A stretch of 64,000 nt of DNA from Cyanophora paradoxa CCMP329 (GCA_004431415.1 QPMI01000507.1:186001-250000); one strand, 5' to 3'; positions 44,714-54,962 are shown, counted from the first letter of the stretch. Notes: a model not told the origin generated them from the sequence alone. Numbers and translations: made by a program.

Positions 44714-45629
44714 TCTACTCTTAGCCTCGCACACACTAGATATAGCCGCCCCGACCGACTCGCTGGGCCCGCCCAAGCGAGCGCCTGCCTTGCCTCCCTC
44801 TCCCGCTCTGCCCTCCCGCTCGCTCTCTTGGCCCTGCCTCCCATTCACGACCTCGCCCGCGCTCCTCGCGCCTCGACAGGGAGGGAACGATGGATCGGAA
44901 GGCTTGGCGGAAGGCTTCGGCTGGTCGTTGCACCCACCAGATACCCCGGCCATCGTGCCAGGACCGTGGGTTGAAGGACCGCCGCGGAGGGGGGCTCGCA
45001 ATTGCCCGCGGCGGGGGTGCGGCGGCTGGTTCGAGGCTGGAAGCCCTGCTGACCGAGAAATCCGACCCTCCCCTCCCCGCCACGGCCGGCGCCGACCTTC
45101 TCCGTCCCGCCCCACTTCTTCCCCGCAACGTCCCCCTCGCCTCATTCCCTCGGCCCTCTACGCCGACGTGCTTCCACCCGCGCTTCGGGCGAGCGGCCCC
45201 CTCGACGCGGAGCCCGCCGCGCTAGCTGTAGTCGCGGCCGCGTCGAGAGTAGGCAGATTAGACCGCGGGTCCGTCCTGGCTTTCCTACCGTACAGTAGAA
45301 CAGCCCGCGAGCTCCGGACGTCCCGACGGTCCCTAGGCAGGCAGCACTAGCAGTAGTAGTGTTTTAATTTTCCTCCCTCTCGTAGACCCTGGGTAGTCCT
45401 CTCGGTAGCCTAGTCCTAAGCTAGGCTAGATGTATAGGTAGTAGCTCTCTGCTCTGGGTTAGCTTTGCTTTAGTTTACGTCTCCTTGACTAGCTCCACCC
45501 TGTCCGATGGCTGATAGGTTCCCTACCCGGCGTAACCAGTAGGCTCATCTTTCGACTTGACACTTTACGGACTCCTCAGTTCTATCATTAGCCGTATTGT
45601 CTCGGTGTGTGCGAATTCACTAATGACTT

Positions 45630-46388
45630 TTACACACTGATTGTGGTCATTTCTCGCTGAATCCGAGCCATCTGACTCCTTTTAATTGCTTTTCTCTTCA
45701 CAAACTTCTTAAAGCCCTTTATATCATCATCAGTGAGTACTGCTCTATCAGTATAGGTCTTGATATCATAACCTTGCAGGCTAGCTATGACAGTTTGGTA
45801 ATTATAACCCCATAGTCTATGCAATTCCTTGTAGGTCTTCTTATCCAAACCACCATTGTACTCATCAAAGGCGCAATTGAACTCTTTCTCGTTCCCAAGA
45901 ATATTGAAAAATACAACGAACTCCACATTGCGACGAATGGTAGTAGAAATAGAACACAAACGCTGAACATTAAAGATTACCGAGATTGAATAATGTCTTC
46001 CACTCGTTACTAATTTAGATAACACAGCCGAATTATGCATATCCAAATTTGAACCTATCATGTCATCGAGTATGATAACTAGGTTATTTCGCTTTTCGTT
46101 ATTCTCAATTCGTTTCTTTTGCATACTGATCAATCTCAAAACAATGTTATCATCCCACTCTTCATAGATGTTATCGGGATGGGTGATGTCATTGAATTGT
46201 CCAGTAAAAGCTGTTGAACTAAATATAACGATTTGATCGATCTTGTCACGAAGCTCGTAAAGTAAGTATTTTGTGAACATTGTCTTACCTGTATTGGAGC
46301 GACCAACATTCAAAATTCTTGTCGGGATTCGAACCGTCTTACTCGGATCGAACTCCGGAATATCATCAAGATTTACTGTGTTATCCAT
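45630..46388 (-). CDS. A32-like packaging ATPase (B)
   Basis: GRSNTGKT, IILDD, SGRH, STTIRRN. Confidence 0.93.
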   Translation of the reverse strand: MDNTVNLDDIPEFDPSKTVRIPTRILNVGRSNTGKTMFTKYLLYELRDKIDQIVIFSSTAFTGQFNDITHPDNIYEEWDDNIVLRLISMQKKRIENNEKRNNLVIILDDMIGSNLDMHNSAVLSKLVTSGRHYSISVIFNVQRLCSISTTIRRNVEFVVFFNILGNEKEFNCAFDEYNGGLDKKTYKELHRLWGYNYQTVIASLQGYDIKTYTDRAVLTDDDIKGFKKFVKRKAIKRSQMARIQREMTTISV

Positions 46389-46468
46389 TACAGTAATAAG
46401 ATAAAAAACAAAATAAAGTACACACCTACAAATAATTGCGCTTCCTACACTAACAAAAGAAAAGAACT

Positions 46469-47382
46469 TTAGAAGTTCGAGACTTTCAGGGTAGAGATGT
46501 TGTAGCCATTAAGTACCATAACATTGTGTCGGAGGGCATAGATATCAACCTGAACAGGAGCGGCATCAGTGCATCCGGAAACAGTGAGATCCATGTAACT
46601 CGAGCTGCTGTTGAAGAAATCCTGGTAACCCATAACCGAGTTCCGAAGCGAATCTTTTCCAGACTTGGAAAGAACAATTCCGTAAACATTTCCAGACTCG
46701 AATCCGTACGTGGTATTGCCCACAGTAACACCCTTGTAGTGAGAAGGAATGTGATTGACAGCAGAGAGGAAACCGGAAATGGGTTTGTTAGATATATCCA
46801 GGGAGCGATTGTTGTGGAAGATCTGGAACTGATCAATCTTAACAGCAGATTCATGACCGCAGAAATCCGAGTGAGTGTAGGTGTTAAGTTTGTTCACCTC
46901 TCGAACAGTCATCAGAATCGAGTGAACCAGACCAGAAACATTAGCGAGTGTAACCTCAACAGATTCACCAGCATCAGCGGTTTTGAGCGCTCGGGTCTTC
47001 TTGTGAATGACCTCTGTGATCGGGATGCGAATGCCACCTTGTTCGTTCGCCATTTTAAGGAGTGTCTCAGCCTCAGCCGAAGCAATGTTTACGAATTGGC
47101 AGATCAGAGAGCAATCCGCAAAGGTTACAGATCCACCAGCCGGAACTTGGACAATCGCAGCATCACGGAAATCAACCTCGATTGTTGGCATATCGGCTAG
47201 CGTACATAATGGGAAATAAGCTTCTTCCCAGAAAGCAGCGGGGATTCTAACGATGTATTCCATTGCTTCATCTGTGCTTTCACGATCTGTCTCTTTGAAG
47301 TAACCGAGAGAAGCATACATGCTGCTCATGGTAGCGTGATCATTATCGACCAGGGCGTTTACAGTGATCCAATCACCAGGGA
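46469..47382 (-). pseudogene. Major capsid protein (B), 5' third missing
   Basis: Nearly identical in protein to 54963-56188. Similarity stops abruptly at about 47382 (PGDWITVNAL). Confidence 0.88.
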
Positions 47383-47766
47383 GCTCGCTGGGTGGCCAAC
47401 CCCACCAATTGCGCGACCTTCCCCACTACCATTCTCAGTAAGCCCATTATCCATTTTCAAATTTCTCAGTAAGGCTCAGTAACAAATTATAAATTAGCAC
47501 TGTATTTTTCAAACATCTAACCTCTCCTTACTGAAACCAATCACGAAACCCTTTCATTCTTCATTTTTCTAATTCCTTACCATTCCCAGTAAGCCCTTTA
47601 ACTTTCCCCCGATCTCTCAGTAAGGACAGTAAGACCCCTATTTTAATGAAATGTTCCCGATCGTTTCCGGACTGTTTTCAGTTAGCCAAATTGAAAAATC
47701 AAGGTGAGCCCCACCAATTAAACAAGTGATCCCCACTTAAAGACTTCCCGTTAATATACTGTAACA

Positions 47767-48090
47767 ATGGCAAGCAATCAAGTAAATCTACCTGAGAGTA
47801 AGCAATGCAATGTTTGTGACAAGGTAAAACCGGCATCAAGTTATGAATTGAAAAAGAGTAGCTCAGGGAATAAAACATTGTCGTGGAGATGCAAAGACTG
47901 TGATCGAGAGTATCACAATTACCTTTATCATTTCGTGTTAAAAACGCGTCCGAAGATCGAAGTACAATCGAAGGTATGCTCGCACTGCAAGATTGAAAAG
48001 CCTGCAAGCGAGTATAATAAAAAACAAAGCACAAAGGATGGTCTCTACTATCAATGCCGAGAATGTTATAGTAAAACTCGTAAGAGTTAA
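47767..48090 (+). CDS. Tandem Zn-ribbon protein
   Basis: Two repeats of CxxC...KPAS.Y...CxxC, resembling Zn ribbons attached to viral HNH/EndoVII nucleases. No catalytic domain. Confidence 0.75.
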   Translation: MASNQVNLPESKQCNVCDKVKPASSYELKKSSSGNKTLSWRCKDCDREYHNYLYHFVLKTRPKIEVQSKVCSHCKIEKPASEYNKKQSTKDGLYYQCRECYSKTRKS

Positions 48091-48278
48091 AACCGAATTG
48101 CACTTTATCTATTCTTTTTAAAGCAAGTTTGTGCTGCCGAAAATGCCCACCTGCACACACTCGCGAATTCAATCGAAATGTACGAATAGATTCACTGGAA
48201 CCACTCGCGCCCCGCCCACTATGCAAGATACATGCCTTTCTTATGCATGATCTATGAAAAAACAATTATTTCATTACC

Positions 48279-48542
48279 TTATTCCTCAGCAACTGTGTTA
48301 TACTCGATGCCTTTCTTTACAGTTCCCCTTTGGAATGCCTGTAAAACAATGGCTTCCTTTGAGGTTGGTATTTGAACTCCTGATGAGATGCAAGATTGAA
48401 TTTCTTTCTGAACAATCTCATCAATTGCGATTCTCGCCCTATTGTGAACCACATTATCGATCCAATCCTGAACAGAAGCAGCACAATATTCCATTCCCAA
48501 TTTCTCAGTATCAGATAGACCTACTTGATAGATATTTGACAT
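48279..48542 (-). CDS. Small phage-like fibre-associated protein
   Basis: LSDTE..GMEY.AASVQDWIDN.VHNRARIAIDEIV. From memory this resembles small ORFs found beside C1q fibres in aquatic tailed phages. Confidence 0.65.
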   Translation of the reverse strand: MSNIYQVGLSDTEKLGMEYCAASVQDWIDNVVHNRARIAIDEIVQKEIQSCISSGVQIPTSKEAIVLQAFQRGTVKKGIEYNTVAEE

Positions 48543-48563
48543 TCCTACTTAATAGAAAGAAAA

Positions 48564-49589
48564 TTATGTGATACTTAGAAGTTCAGCTGTAAACATTGTT
48601 CGACTTGAATAACTACCTGTGGTTCCTGTGACAAGTGTAACATATTCTCCCGCGGCAAGATTGAGTATAACGTTAATATATAGAGGTTTTACACCAATTG
48701 TAGTCGAAGTTCCTGAGGTGAAGATGGATATACCCCCAGGGTTAGTGTCATTCACTTGCATTGTGAGACTTACAGCAGATGAGGTTGTTGATTGAGAGTT
48801 TGCTGTAAGTCTGTAATGACCAGCAACAGGGGCTGTAAATCTTCCATTACCTGTATTAAATGCACCTCTGTTATCAATAAAAACGGTTGTCCAATTGATT
48901 AGAACAGCAGCACTTGTAGCAGTGTGTGTGTAACCCAGTTGCGCACAGAATCGAGGTTGAAAATCATACTTTAAATAACAACCTGTATTCAGGGTCAAAC
49001 TATTGGCTTCCAGGGTCGCCATGACATCACTATTGCGTTTAAAAACCAGATTTGCGCTTGATCCTGTGTCTATTTCAGGTGTAACTATTTTGGTAGTTGC
49101 TGTCACAATAGATTGTTGCGCCCCAGGAACATACACACCCCCATTTGCAGTTACCAAATCATTAAATGTAGTTGCTCCTGTTACTGTGATTTGTTCAGTT
49201 GTGAGATTCCCATTTATCCTTGCTCCATCTCCAATGTATGCCCCTCCACTTTTTACCACAAGAGCCGAGTTATTACTTGTATTATCAAAAGTAACTATTT
49301 TAGGTGTGGTGAACCCTCCCACATCATCATAAATAGCTGAATCTGAGACAATTGATCCCGATTGAACTTGGTTCTTATTTGAAACTATTAAACCTGTGGT
49401 TCTTACCTTTCCGTTATTGCGATCACATCGTATTTCTTTGCATCTAATCACAGAGTTTTGAGAAAATGAATCGGCTCCTGTTGTTTCTGTGCAAATAAAA
49501 CCAGGGGTTGCATCTGTGACTGTGTGGTTAAGTTGATGTATTTTTGGGGCGGCATAACAGAAAACAGGAACGGCTATTTGTGTAGACAT
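48564..49589 (-). CDS. Fibre protein with a C-terminal C1q/TNF-like domain
   Basis: PRFCA...FIDNRGAFNTGNGRFTAPVAGHYRL...LNLAAGEYVTL. Confidence 0.85.
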   Translation of the reverse strand: MSTQIAVPVFCYAAPKIHQLNHTVTDATPGFICTETTGADSFSQNSVIRCKEIRCDRNNGKVRTTGLIVSNKNQVQSGSIVSDSAIYDDVGGFTTPKIVTFDNTSNNSALVVKSGGAYIGDGARINGNLTTEQITVTGATTFNDLVTANGGVYVPGAQQSIVTATTKIVTPEIDTGSSANLVFKRNSDVMATLEANSLTLNTGCYLKYDFQPRFCAQLGYTHTATSAAVLINWTTVFIDNRGAFNTGNGRFTAPVAGHYRLTANSQSTTSSAVSLTMQVNDTNPGGISIFTSGTSTTIGVKPLYINVILNLAAGEYVTLVTGTTGSYSSRTMFTAELLSIT

Positions 49590-49611
49590 TCTTTATACTA
49601 TACAGACAATA

Positions 49612-50685
49612 TTATATGGTGCTTACCAGATAGCAACCCAAGAAAGATCGTGTGTCCAGTGTGATAGTAACACCAGATGAGTTCACCACTGAAACATTGT
49701 CCCCAGTATTTAGAGTTATTAATGTTTCATATGTGATTGCCGGCGAAACATATCCATTATGTGAACAACTAAATTCGTAATTGGATGCAACTCCATTTAT
49801 GTGTAGCCGAAACACAGTTACATAAGAAGTCTGATTATCTATCCTCATAGTTGTATAGAAAAAACGGTAAACACCCGCAACGGGTGCTGTAAATCGTGAA
49901 GATCCAAAGTTGCCTTCATTGTCAATAAGATAGGTGCCGTAAGTAGGTGGTGAAATGAAGACAGATTGACCATTTGAACATGTTGAAGTTCCTGTTTGAT
50001 TAGGAATCTGTCTTGCGACACACAGTCGTGGGCAATAAGTCCTTTTCAAATAGCAAGTAGGAGAAAGTGTAAATGATTTTATTTCTGTCTCTGCTACTGT
50101 CGTTTTTTCAAGAGTAACAATCGCATTCCCATTTCGTTTATAGGTCGTGTTGGAATCTGTCCCATTACCAATCTCGGGTGCCTGAACTCTCAGAAATGCT
50201 TGAAGAGTCCCATAAATTATATTCCCTGAGAGACCATAGTTAATATTCATCAATTGAGTAAAAACGCTTGTCCCATTCACAGTCAATTGATTTGTTGTAA
50301 CAGTCCCTACTACAATTGCTCCATCTTCAATGTAGGCACCTCCACTTCTGATTACAAGAGCCGAATTATTTACTGTGTTATCAAAAGTAACTATCTTTGC
50401 TGTGGTGAATCCACCCACATTATCATATATTGCTGAATCGGGGACTATTTGACCCGCTTGAACCTGATTTTTATTCGAGATAACAATACCTGTGGTTCTT
50501 ATCTTACCATTATTGCGATCACATCTTATTTCTTTCACTCTCAGTATATTCCCCTCTGTAAAAGATGTATTGCTTGTGGTTTCAGTGCAAATAAAACCGG
50601 GTATAGAGTCGACAACTTCATGAGAGGTGCTATGTAGTGATTTCGCGGCGAGTTCATAGTTTGGGATCTCTAAAAGGGAGGTCAT
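49612..50685 (-). CDS. Second C1q-domain fibre, paralog of 48564-49589
   Basis: SRFTAPVAGVYRF...ITLNTGDNVSV. Shares the N-terminal PGFICTETT...KEIRCDRNNGK.RTTG region. Confidence 0.85.
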   Translation of the reverse strand: MTSLLEIPNYELAAKSLHSTSHEVVDSIPGFICTETTSNTSFTEGNILRVKEIRCDRNNGKIRTTGIVISNKNQVQAGQIVPDSAIYDNVGGFTTAKIVTFDNTVNNSALVIRSGGAYIEDGAIVVGTVTTNQLTVNGTSVFTQLMNINYGLSGNIIYGTLQAFLRVQAPEIGNGTDSNTTYKRNGNAIVTLEKTTVAETEIKSFTLSPTCYLKRTYCPRLCVARQIPNQTGTSTCSNGQSVFISPPTYGTYLIDNEGNFGSSRFTAPVAGVYRFFYTTMRIDNQTSYVTVFRLHINGVASNYEFSCSHNGYVSPAITYETLITLNTGDNVSVVNSSGVTITLDTRSFLGCYLVSTI

Positions 50686-50709
50686 CTTTATAATAGTATA
50701 AGATTGAAA

Positions 50710-52233
50710 TCAAGCAGTTGCTATCCAATGGATTGTAACCATGAAGGTTTGGGGTTGTATGTTTACATATCCTGCTGCCCAAACAACAAGATTTATGGTG
50801 GTTGAGGTGGTTGAGTTGCTTGATATTCCCATCTTGTAGTCGATTTCTACATTAGTTGCAGGTATTCCCTCCAATGTTGCAACGACAGATGGGGTAGATG
50901 CAAAAGCAGGACTCCAACTTAATGTAATGGTATGATTTTGCCTTGCTGAACTACCACCAATTTGGGGATTGTTTATGACGAAATTGTATGTCCCCTTCCT
51001 TATTCCAGTAGTAGTGTAATTATCAAAAACATATTGGGGCATCAACTTGGTAACAGCAGCATTATTGCGAGGATCCCTGACCCATACTTCCCTTGCATAT
51101 GCATTACCACGAACAAGTAGCGTTTTATCCTGATAGTATGATATGGTGTTAGTAGAATAAGTGGAATTGTGGAAATTCCAAATCACAGGAGGATCGGGCA
51201 TAATGTAGGGGTCATAATCAAGGAAGTAACCTGATCCAATGAGAAGGTTTGCATTTACAGTGATATTATTCGCTGTGAAAGGATCAAAGCTACCAGGTAG
51301 GGCTGGTTTGTTGGTAAGATCATTGTAGTTGCCAGAGAACAATGCAGGTTTATTATATATATCTGTATTCCAATCATGAGTGTGACCTACATAAGAGACA
51401 TTTCCAAGATCTGTAATCTCTGCCTTGGTATGGGTGTGACCAACATATGCAACATTTCCGAGATCTGTTATCTCTGATTTAACATGAGTGTGAGCGAAAT
51501 TCGTTATATCTGCTCTGGTGTGGGTGTGAGCAAAGTCTGTTATCTGGGATTTTGTGTGAGTGTGTGCGAAATCTGTGATCTCTGCTCTTGTGTGGGTGTG
51601 CGCTCGATTATTCAGATCGAGGAAACTCCCCGAAAATGCAACAGGGTGTAGATTACCTGCGGTGGGTTTATTAATGAGATCATTGTAGTCTCCTGTAAAT
51701 GAAACGGTTTTCAGTTCCCCCCTTCCTACATAATCCGAAGGGAGATCGATTTTAATAGGCATTATAGCTGGATCATCTGGGATCACATACTCTCCACCTG
51801 TGTGAACCACAGGGTATCTTCGAATATACATGTTTGATGCACCAATTACAGGTGCCACAATGGGCACATCGGAGTTAACAAGATTGCAAGTGATGGAAAG
51901 AATCGTTTTTCCAGCATATAGATTCGAAGTAATATAAACTGCTGGATCCAGATTTGATGCGAAATTGCTGCAAGTCTGAAACAGCCACCCTCCCGCGCAA
52001 TTACAGTTAAGATTGCGAAAAATCGTTCCTGTAAATGCATCTACATAACCTATCCCGCTCTGAATGTCATAGAGATGCCCGAACTCATGCCCTGTCACAT
52101 CATTCCATGAATCTTTCACAACTTCTCCCAAGTATGGGGTGTGTGAAACAATTAGATCATTTGAAGCCGAAGGTATCAGGGGATCTATAACATAGTATTT
52201 ATTATTAAAGATAGGGTTAGTTATGTCTGTCAT
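50710..52233 (-). CDS. Fibre with phage-tail repeats and a C-terminal H-lectin/gp53-like domain
   Basis: HTHT(K/R)(A/S)(E/D/Q)ITD repeats (about 6), (S/T)G.YNDL.NKP repeats, and FASTPSVVAT...IHWIA. Confidence 0.8.
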   Translation of the reverse strand: MTDITNPIFNNKYYVIDPLIPSASNDLIVSHTPYLGEVVKDSWNDVTGHEFGHLYDIQSGIGYVDAFTGTIFRNLNCNCAGGWLFQTCSNFASNLDPAVYITSNLYAGKTILSITCNLVNSDVPIVAPVIGASNMYIRRYPVVHTGGEYVIPDDPAIMPIKIDLPSDYVGRGELKTVSFTGDYNDLINKPTAGNLHPVAFSGSFLDLNNRAHTHTRAEITDFAHTHTKSQITDFAHTHTRADITNFAHTHVKSEITDLGNVAYVGHTHTKAEITDLGNVSYVGHTHDWNTDIYNKPALFSGNYNDLTNKPALPGSFDPFTANNITVNANLLIGSGYFLDYDPYIMPDPPVIWNFHNSTYSTNTISYYQDKTLLVRGNAYAREVWVRDPRNNAAVTKLMPQYVFDNYTTTGIRKGTYNFVINNPQIGGSSARQNHTITLSWSPAFASTPSVVATLEGIPATNVEIDYKMGISSNSTTSTTINLVVWAAGYVNIQPQTFMVTIHWIATA

Positions 52234-52256
52234 CTCTATAATGAGAAACTTTTATT

Positions 52257-52755
52257 TTACATCACATTTGGAACATGTTCATAGACCCTACCTTCCCGCT
52301 GCGCAATTTCTGCCATAAAATCGCTGTCCCCTCCTGATCTTAATGCCCCGCGATCCTGTGGATTCCTACCATTGCGAATGACACTTAGAGAATTCCCCTC
52401 TGGTCTGGAAATCTCTACACCTAAATCACCATCAGGAGTCTCTGTTAAACCTACTTCTGGTGCAGAGTAAGCTGCACTTGAATTATAGCAACATGCAAAG
52501 AACAAACTACGATACTTCCAGGTGAGAGCAAGCAAAGCTGCCCCTGCAATCGCACCCAAGATTATCCCAATCAAGCCACCTATCCCATTTCCACCTTGTG
52601 GCGCCCCAATGGGAGTGGGATTATTTGTTGTGGGTGGAGTGTAAGGTGGATTATTTGTGGGTGGTGTTTGAGGATCGGAGTCAGGGGGAGGTGTATTTGG
52701 ATTGGGATCGTTTGGTGGCGGCTCTGTCGACCCTGCTAAGGAAGTTGGCGCTGTG
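52257..52755 (-). pseudogene. C-terminal part of a type I membrane-like protein, 5'-truncated
   Basis: Pro/Thr/Asn-rich stalk, TM GGLIGIILGAIAGAALLALTW, then KYR and a CC motif. No ATG; upstream sequence is the end region of D. Confidence 0.65.
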
Positions 52756-53095
52756 AGCTGAGCTGTGAGCATTACACCCAAAAATTACCCCAATATAATT
52801 TGCCCCTTCAAGCAATATCCGCATGATTCCCAGTAACCCAATCCCCAATCTCAGTAAATCTCAGTAAGCCTCAGTCACAATCTATTTTATTTAATCGAAG
52901 TTATATCTAAAATCTAATCAATCGAAGTTATATGCATTACACCCAAATTTTACCGCATTTTATTTACGACATTCAGTAACAACGAGAGATTCCCGATGAT
53001 ACACCCAATATACCCATATTTCTCGATTGAATCCATAAAAAACAACAAACCATAACTAACACCCGTTACACTTTAAATTTTCCGATTGATTCACA

Positions 53096-53554
53096 TTACA
53101 CCCATGAGTTGTAAGATGACATAATACCCATTTCACGGAAGAGATTAACGCGCTGTTGACATACATAATATCTTCCTTTCTCTTTTGTGTAATTCACCAA
53201 ATCTTTCCACGGGTTTCTACACATCATATGTTTTTCATTCCATGTTAAATACTTTCTCGGAACCAGAGTAACAGTTAAACCACTCGAACGATTTTTTAAT
53301 TCCTCTTCTATTTCCTTTCGTTTTATTTTCAATTCGTCTAATCGTTTTTCGCAATCTATGTGGTTTAATATCCTCGAATTTCCCTCATCTTCTTCTCTGT
53401 TTTCTTCTTCTTTGGCTCTCTCTAAATTCTGTTCCTCCCGGTGTTTCTCACAATAGACAGTATATCTTTGAGATTCATAGCTGAAAAAGTCATGGGATCT
53501 TCGAACTGTGCAGCATCCACAATCTTCATATGTTTCCGTCGTTTCCCACCCCAT
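53096..53554 (-). CDS. Hypothetical protein
   Basis: 152 aa with CGCC, CEKH and a coiled coil; preceded by the AAAAATTGAC motif. Confidence 0.6.
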   Translation of the reverse strand: MGWETTETYEDCGCCTVRRSHDFFSYESQRYTVYCEKHREEQNLERAKEEENREEDEGNSRILNHIDCEKRLDELKIKRKEIEEELKNRSSGLTVTLVPRKYLTWNEKHMMCRNPWKDLVNYTKEKGRYYVCQQRVNLFREMGIMSSYNSWV

Positions 53555-53651
53555 CGTTATTACTACCTCTCAAATTCCTTTTAAACTCTGTCAATTTTTG
53601 TCCCGATGCAAAAAATGACGCTCTTTTTTAAGAGTTTATAACTTTGTAACC

Positions 53652-54119
53652 ATGGAACAATACCTTAACTTTTTCAAGCAAAACAACATAACCTATAAGG
53701 ATGTTTCACATGTATTTGCGAAAAGTTTCGAAAGAGGATATATTATGATTGCACAGTTAGCAGTGAAAACACCAGAGATGGTTTATATTGCTCAATTGAA
53801 AAAAGACACGGCACCATGTTTCCGAATTCAGGGTTACATTAAAAATGCTGTGGTTGTTATCAAAAATGACGATTTCATAGTTTCTCCTGAATTCAAAGAG
53901 AACCATGTAAGAGATTTTCTTAGCCACCCATACAATTGTAATGTTTGTCTCGATGATAAGGAAAATGGGATAAGATGTGATACATGTAATGCTTCCGTTT
54001 GTTACAAATGTTGGGCGGAAATGAGCATGAATACAAATAAGAAATGTCCGGCATGCCGTAAAGATTTAGATTACCCGTTTATAATCCAAAATGGACTTAA
54101 TACATTCGTTGTTGTCTAA
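53652..54119 (+). CDS. RING-finger protein (putative E3 ligase)
   Basis: CNVC...CDTC...CYKCW...CPACR. Confidence 0.8.
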   Translation: MEQYLNFFKQNNITYKDVSHVFAKSFERGYIMIAQLAVKTPEMVYIAQLKKDTAPCFRIQGYIKNAVVVIKNDDFIVSPEFKENHVRDFLSHPYNCNVCLDDKENGIRCDTCNASVCYKCWAEMSMNTNKKCPACRKDLDYPFIIQNGLNTFVVV

Positions 54120-54883
54120 ACTGTTATCGTCGTGGGTTCATTACTAATTCTTATTGATTCTCTCTTTTTTATCGCTCGTCTCTTAACAAACTTCTTAAAG
54201 CCCTTCATATCATCGTCTGTTAGTATTGCCCGATCAGTATATATTTTTATATCATACCCTTGCAATCCAGTTATGACAGTTTGGTAATTGTAACCCCATA
54301 GTCTATGAAGTTCCTTGTAAGTCTTCTTATCGAGACCCCCATTATACTCATCAAAGGCGCAATTGAACTCTTTTTCGTTCCCAAGAATATTGAAAAATAC
54401 TACGAACTCAACATTTCGACGAATGGTAGTAGAAATAGAGCATAAACGTTGAGTATTAATAATTACTGTAATCGAATAATGACGGGCTGTCGTAATCAAT
54501 TTAGAAAGGACAGCTGAATTATGCATATCCAAAGAAGAACCTATCATATCGTCTAAGATTATAACCAAATTATTACGCTTCTCATTATTCTCAATTCGTT
54601 TCTTTTGCATGCTAATGAGTTTCACTACTACATTATCGTCCCATTCCTCATAGATATTATCAGGATGCGTTATATCTCTGAATTGACCAGTAAACGCAGT
54701 AGAACTAAAGACTACAATCTGATCGATCTTATCCCTCAGTTCATAAAGTAGATATTTGCAGTAAGTTGTCTTACCAGAATTGCTGCGCCCACATAATAAA
54801 AAACGCGTGCTTAATTTAACTGTTCTTGCAGGCTCAAACTCTGGGATGTCATTCAAATCAATATCCATTCCTGTGTTATCCAT
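54116..54883 (-). CDS. A32-like packaging ATPase (D)
   Basis: GRSNSGKT, IILDD, TARH; close paralog of the B ATPase. Confidence 0.93.
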   Translation of the reverse strand: MDNTGMDIDLNDIPEFEPARTVKLSTRFLLCGRSNSGKTTYCKYLLYELRDKIDQIVVFSSTAFTGQFRDITHPDNIYEEWDDNVVVKLISMQKKRIENNEKRNNLVIILDDMIGSSLDMHNSAVLSKLITTARHYSITVIINTQRLCSISTTIRRNVEFVVFFNILGNEKEFNCAFDEYNGGLDKKTYKELHRLWGYNYQTVITGLQGYDIKIYTDRAILTDDDMKGFKKFVKRRAIKKRESIRISNEPTTITV

Positions 54884-54962
54884 TACAGTAATAAGATAAA
54901 AAACAAAATAAACCCCTTACCTACTAATTTTGCGCTTCCTACTCTAACGAAAGAAAAGAACT

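Larger units (their letters stand above)
33145..45626 (+). mobile_element. Full-length non-LTR retrotransposon (LINE) with APE, RT, RNase H and Zn finger
   Basis: GC-rich 12.5-kb block between 106-bp direct repeats, with ORF1, an extra ORF, ORF2 and long UTRs. Confidence 0.92.
31707..47381. mobile_element. PLV segment B (end region, ATPase, partial MCP), interrupted by a LINE
   Basis: The end region shares motifs with 52820-52935, and the genes are close paralogs of those in D. Boundaries are approximate. Confidence 0.75.
47382..52755. mobile_element. Viral segment C (end region plus fibre gene cassette)
   Basis: ctcagtaag-rich non-coding region at 47382-47766 followed by intronless AT-rich genes. 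No core genes are visible, so the PLV assignment is contextual. Confidence 0.65.

Noticed and set aside
45500-45600. Hammerhead ribozyme in the LINE 3' UTR (minus-strand CTGAGGA...GAAA)
   Set aside because: I could not build stems I-III by eye; it needs an Infernal search.
31706-47386. GAGCTC pair as a 6-bp TSD flanking segment B
   Set aside because: Joining the flanks does not restore a helicase C-terminus, and B's right side is a cut MCP rather than a TIR.
48564-50685. Diversity-generating retroelement acting on the fibres
   Set aside because: No TR/VR pair with adenine-specific differences, and the only RT is LINE-type.
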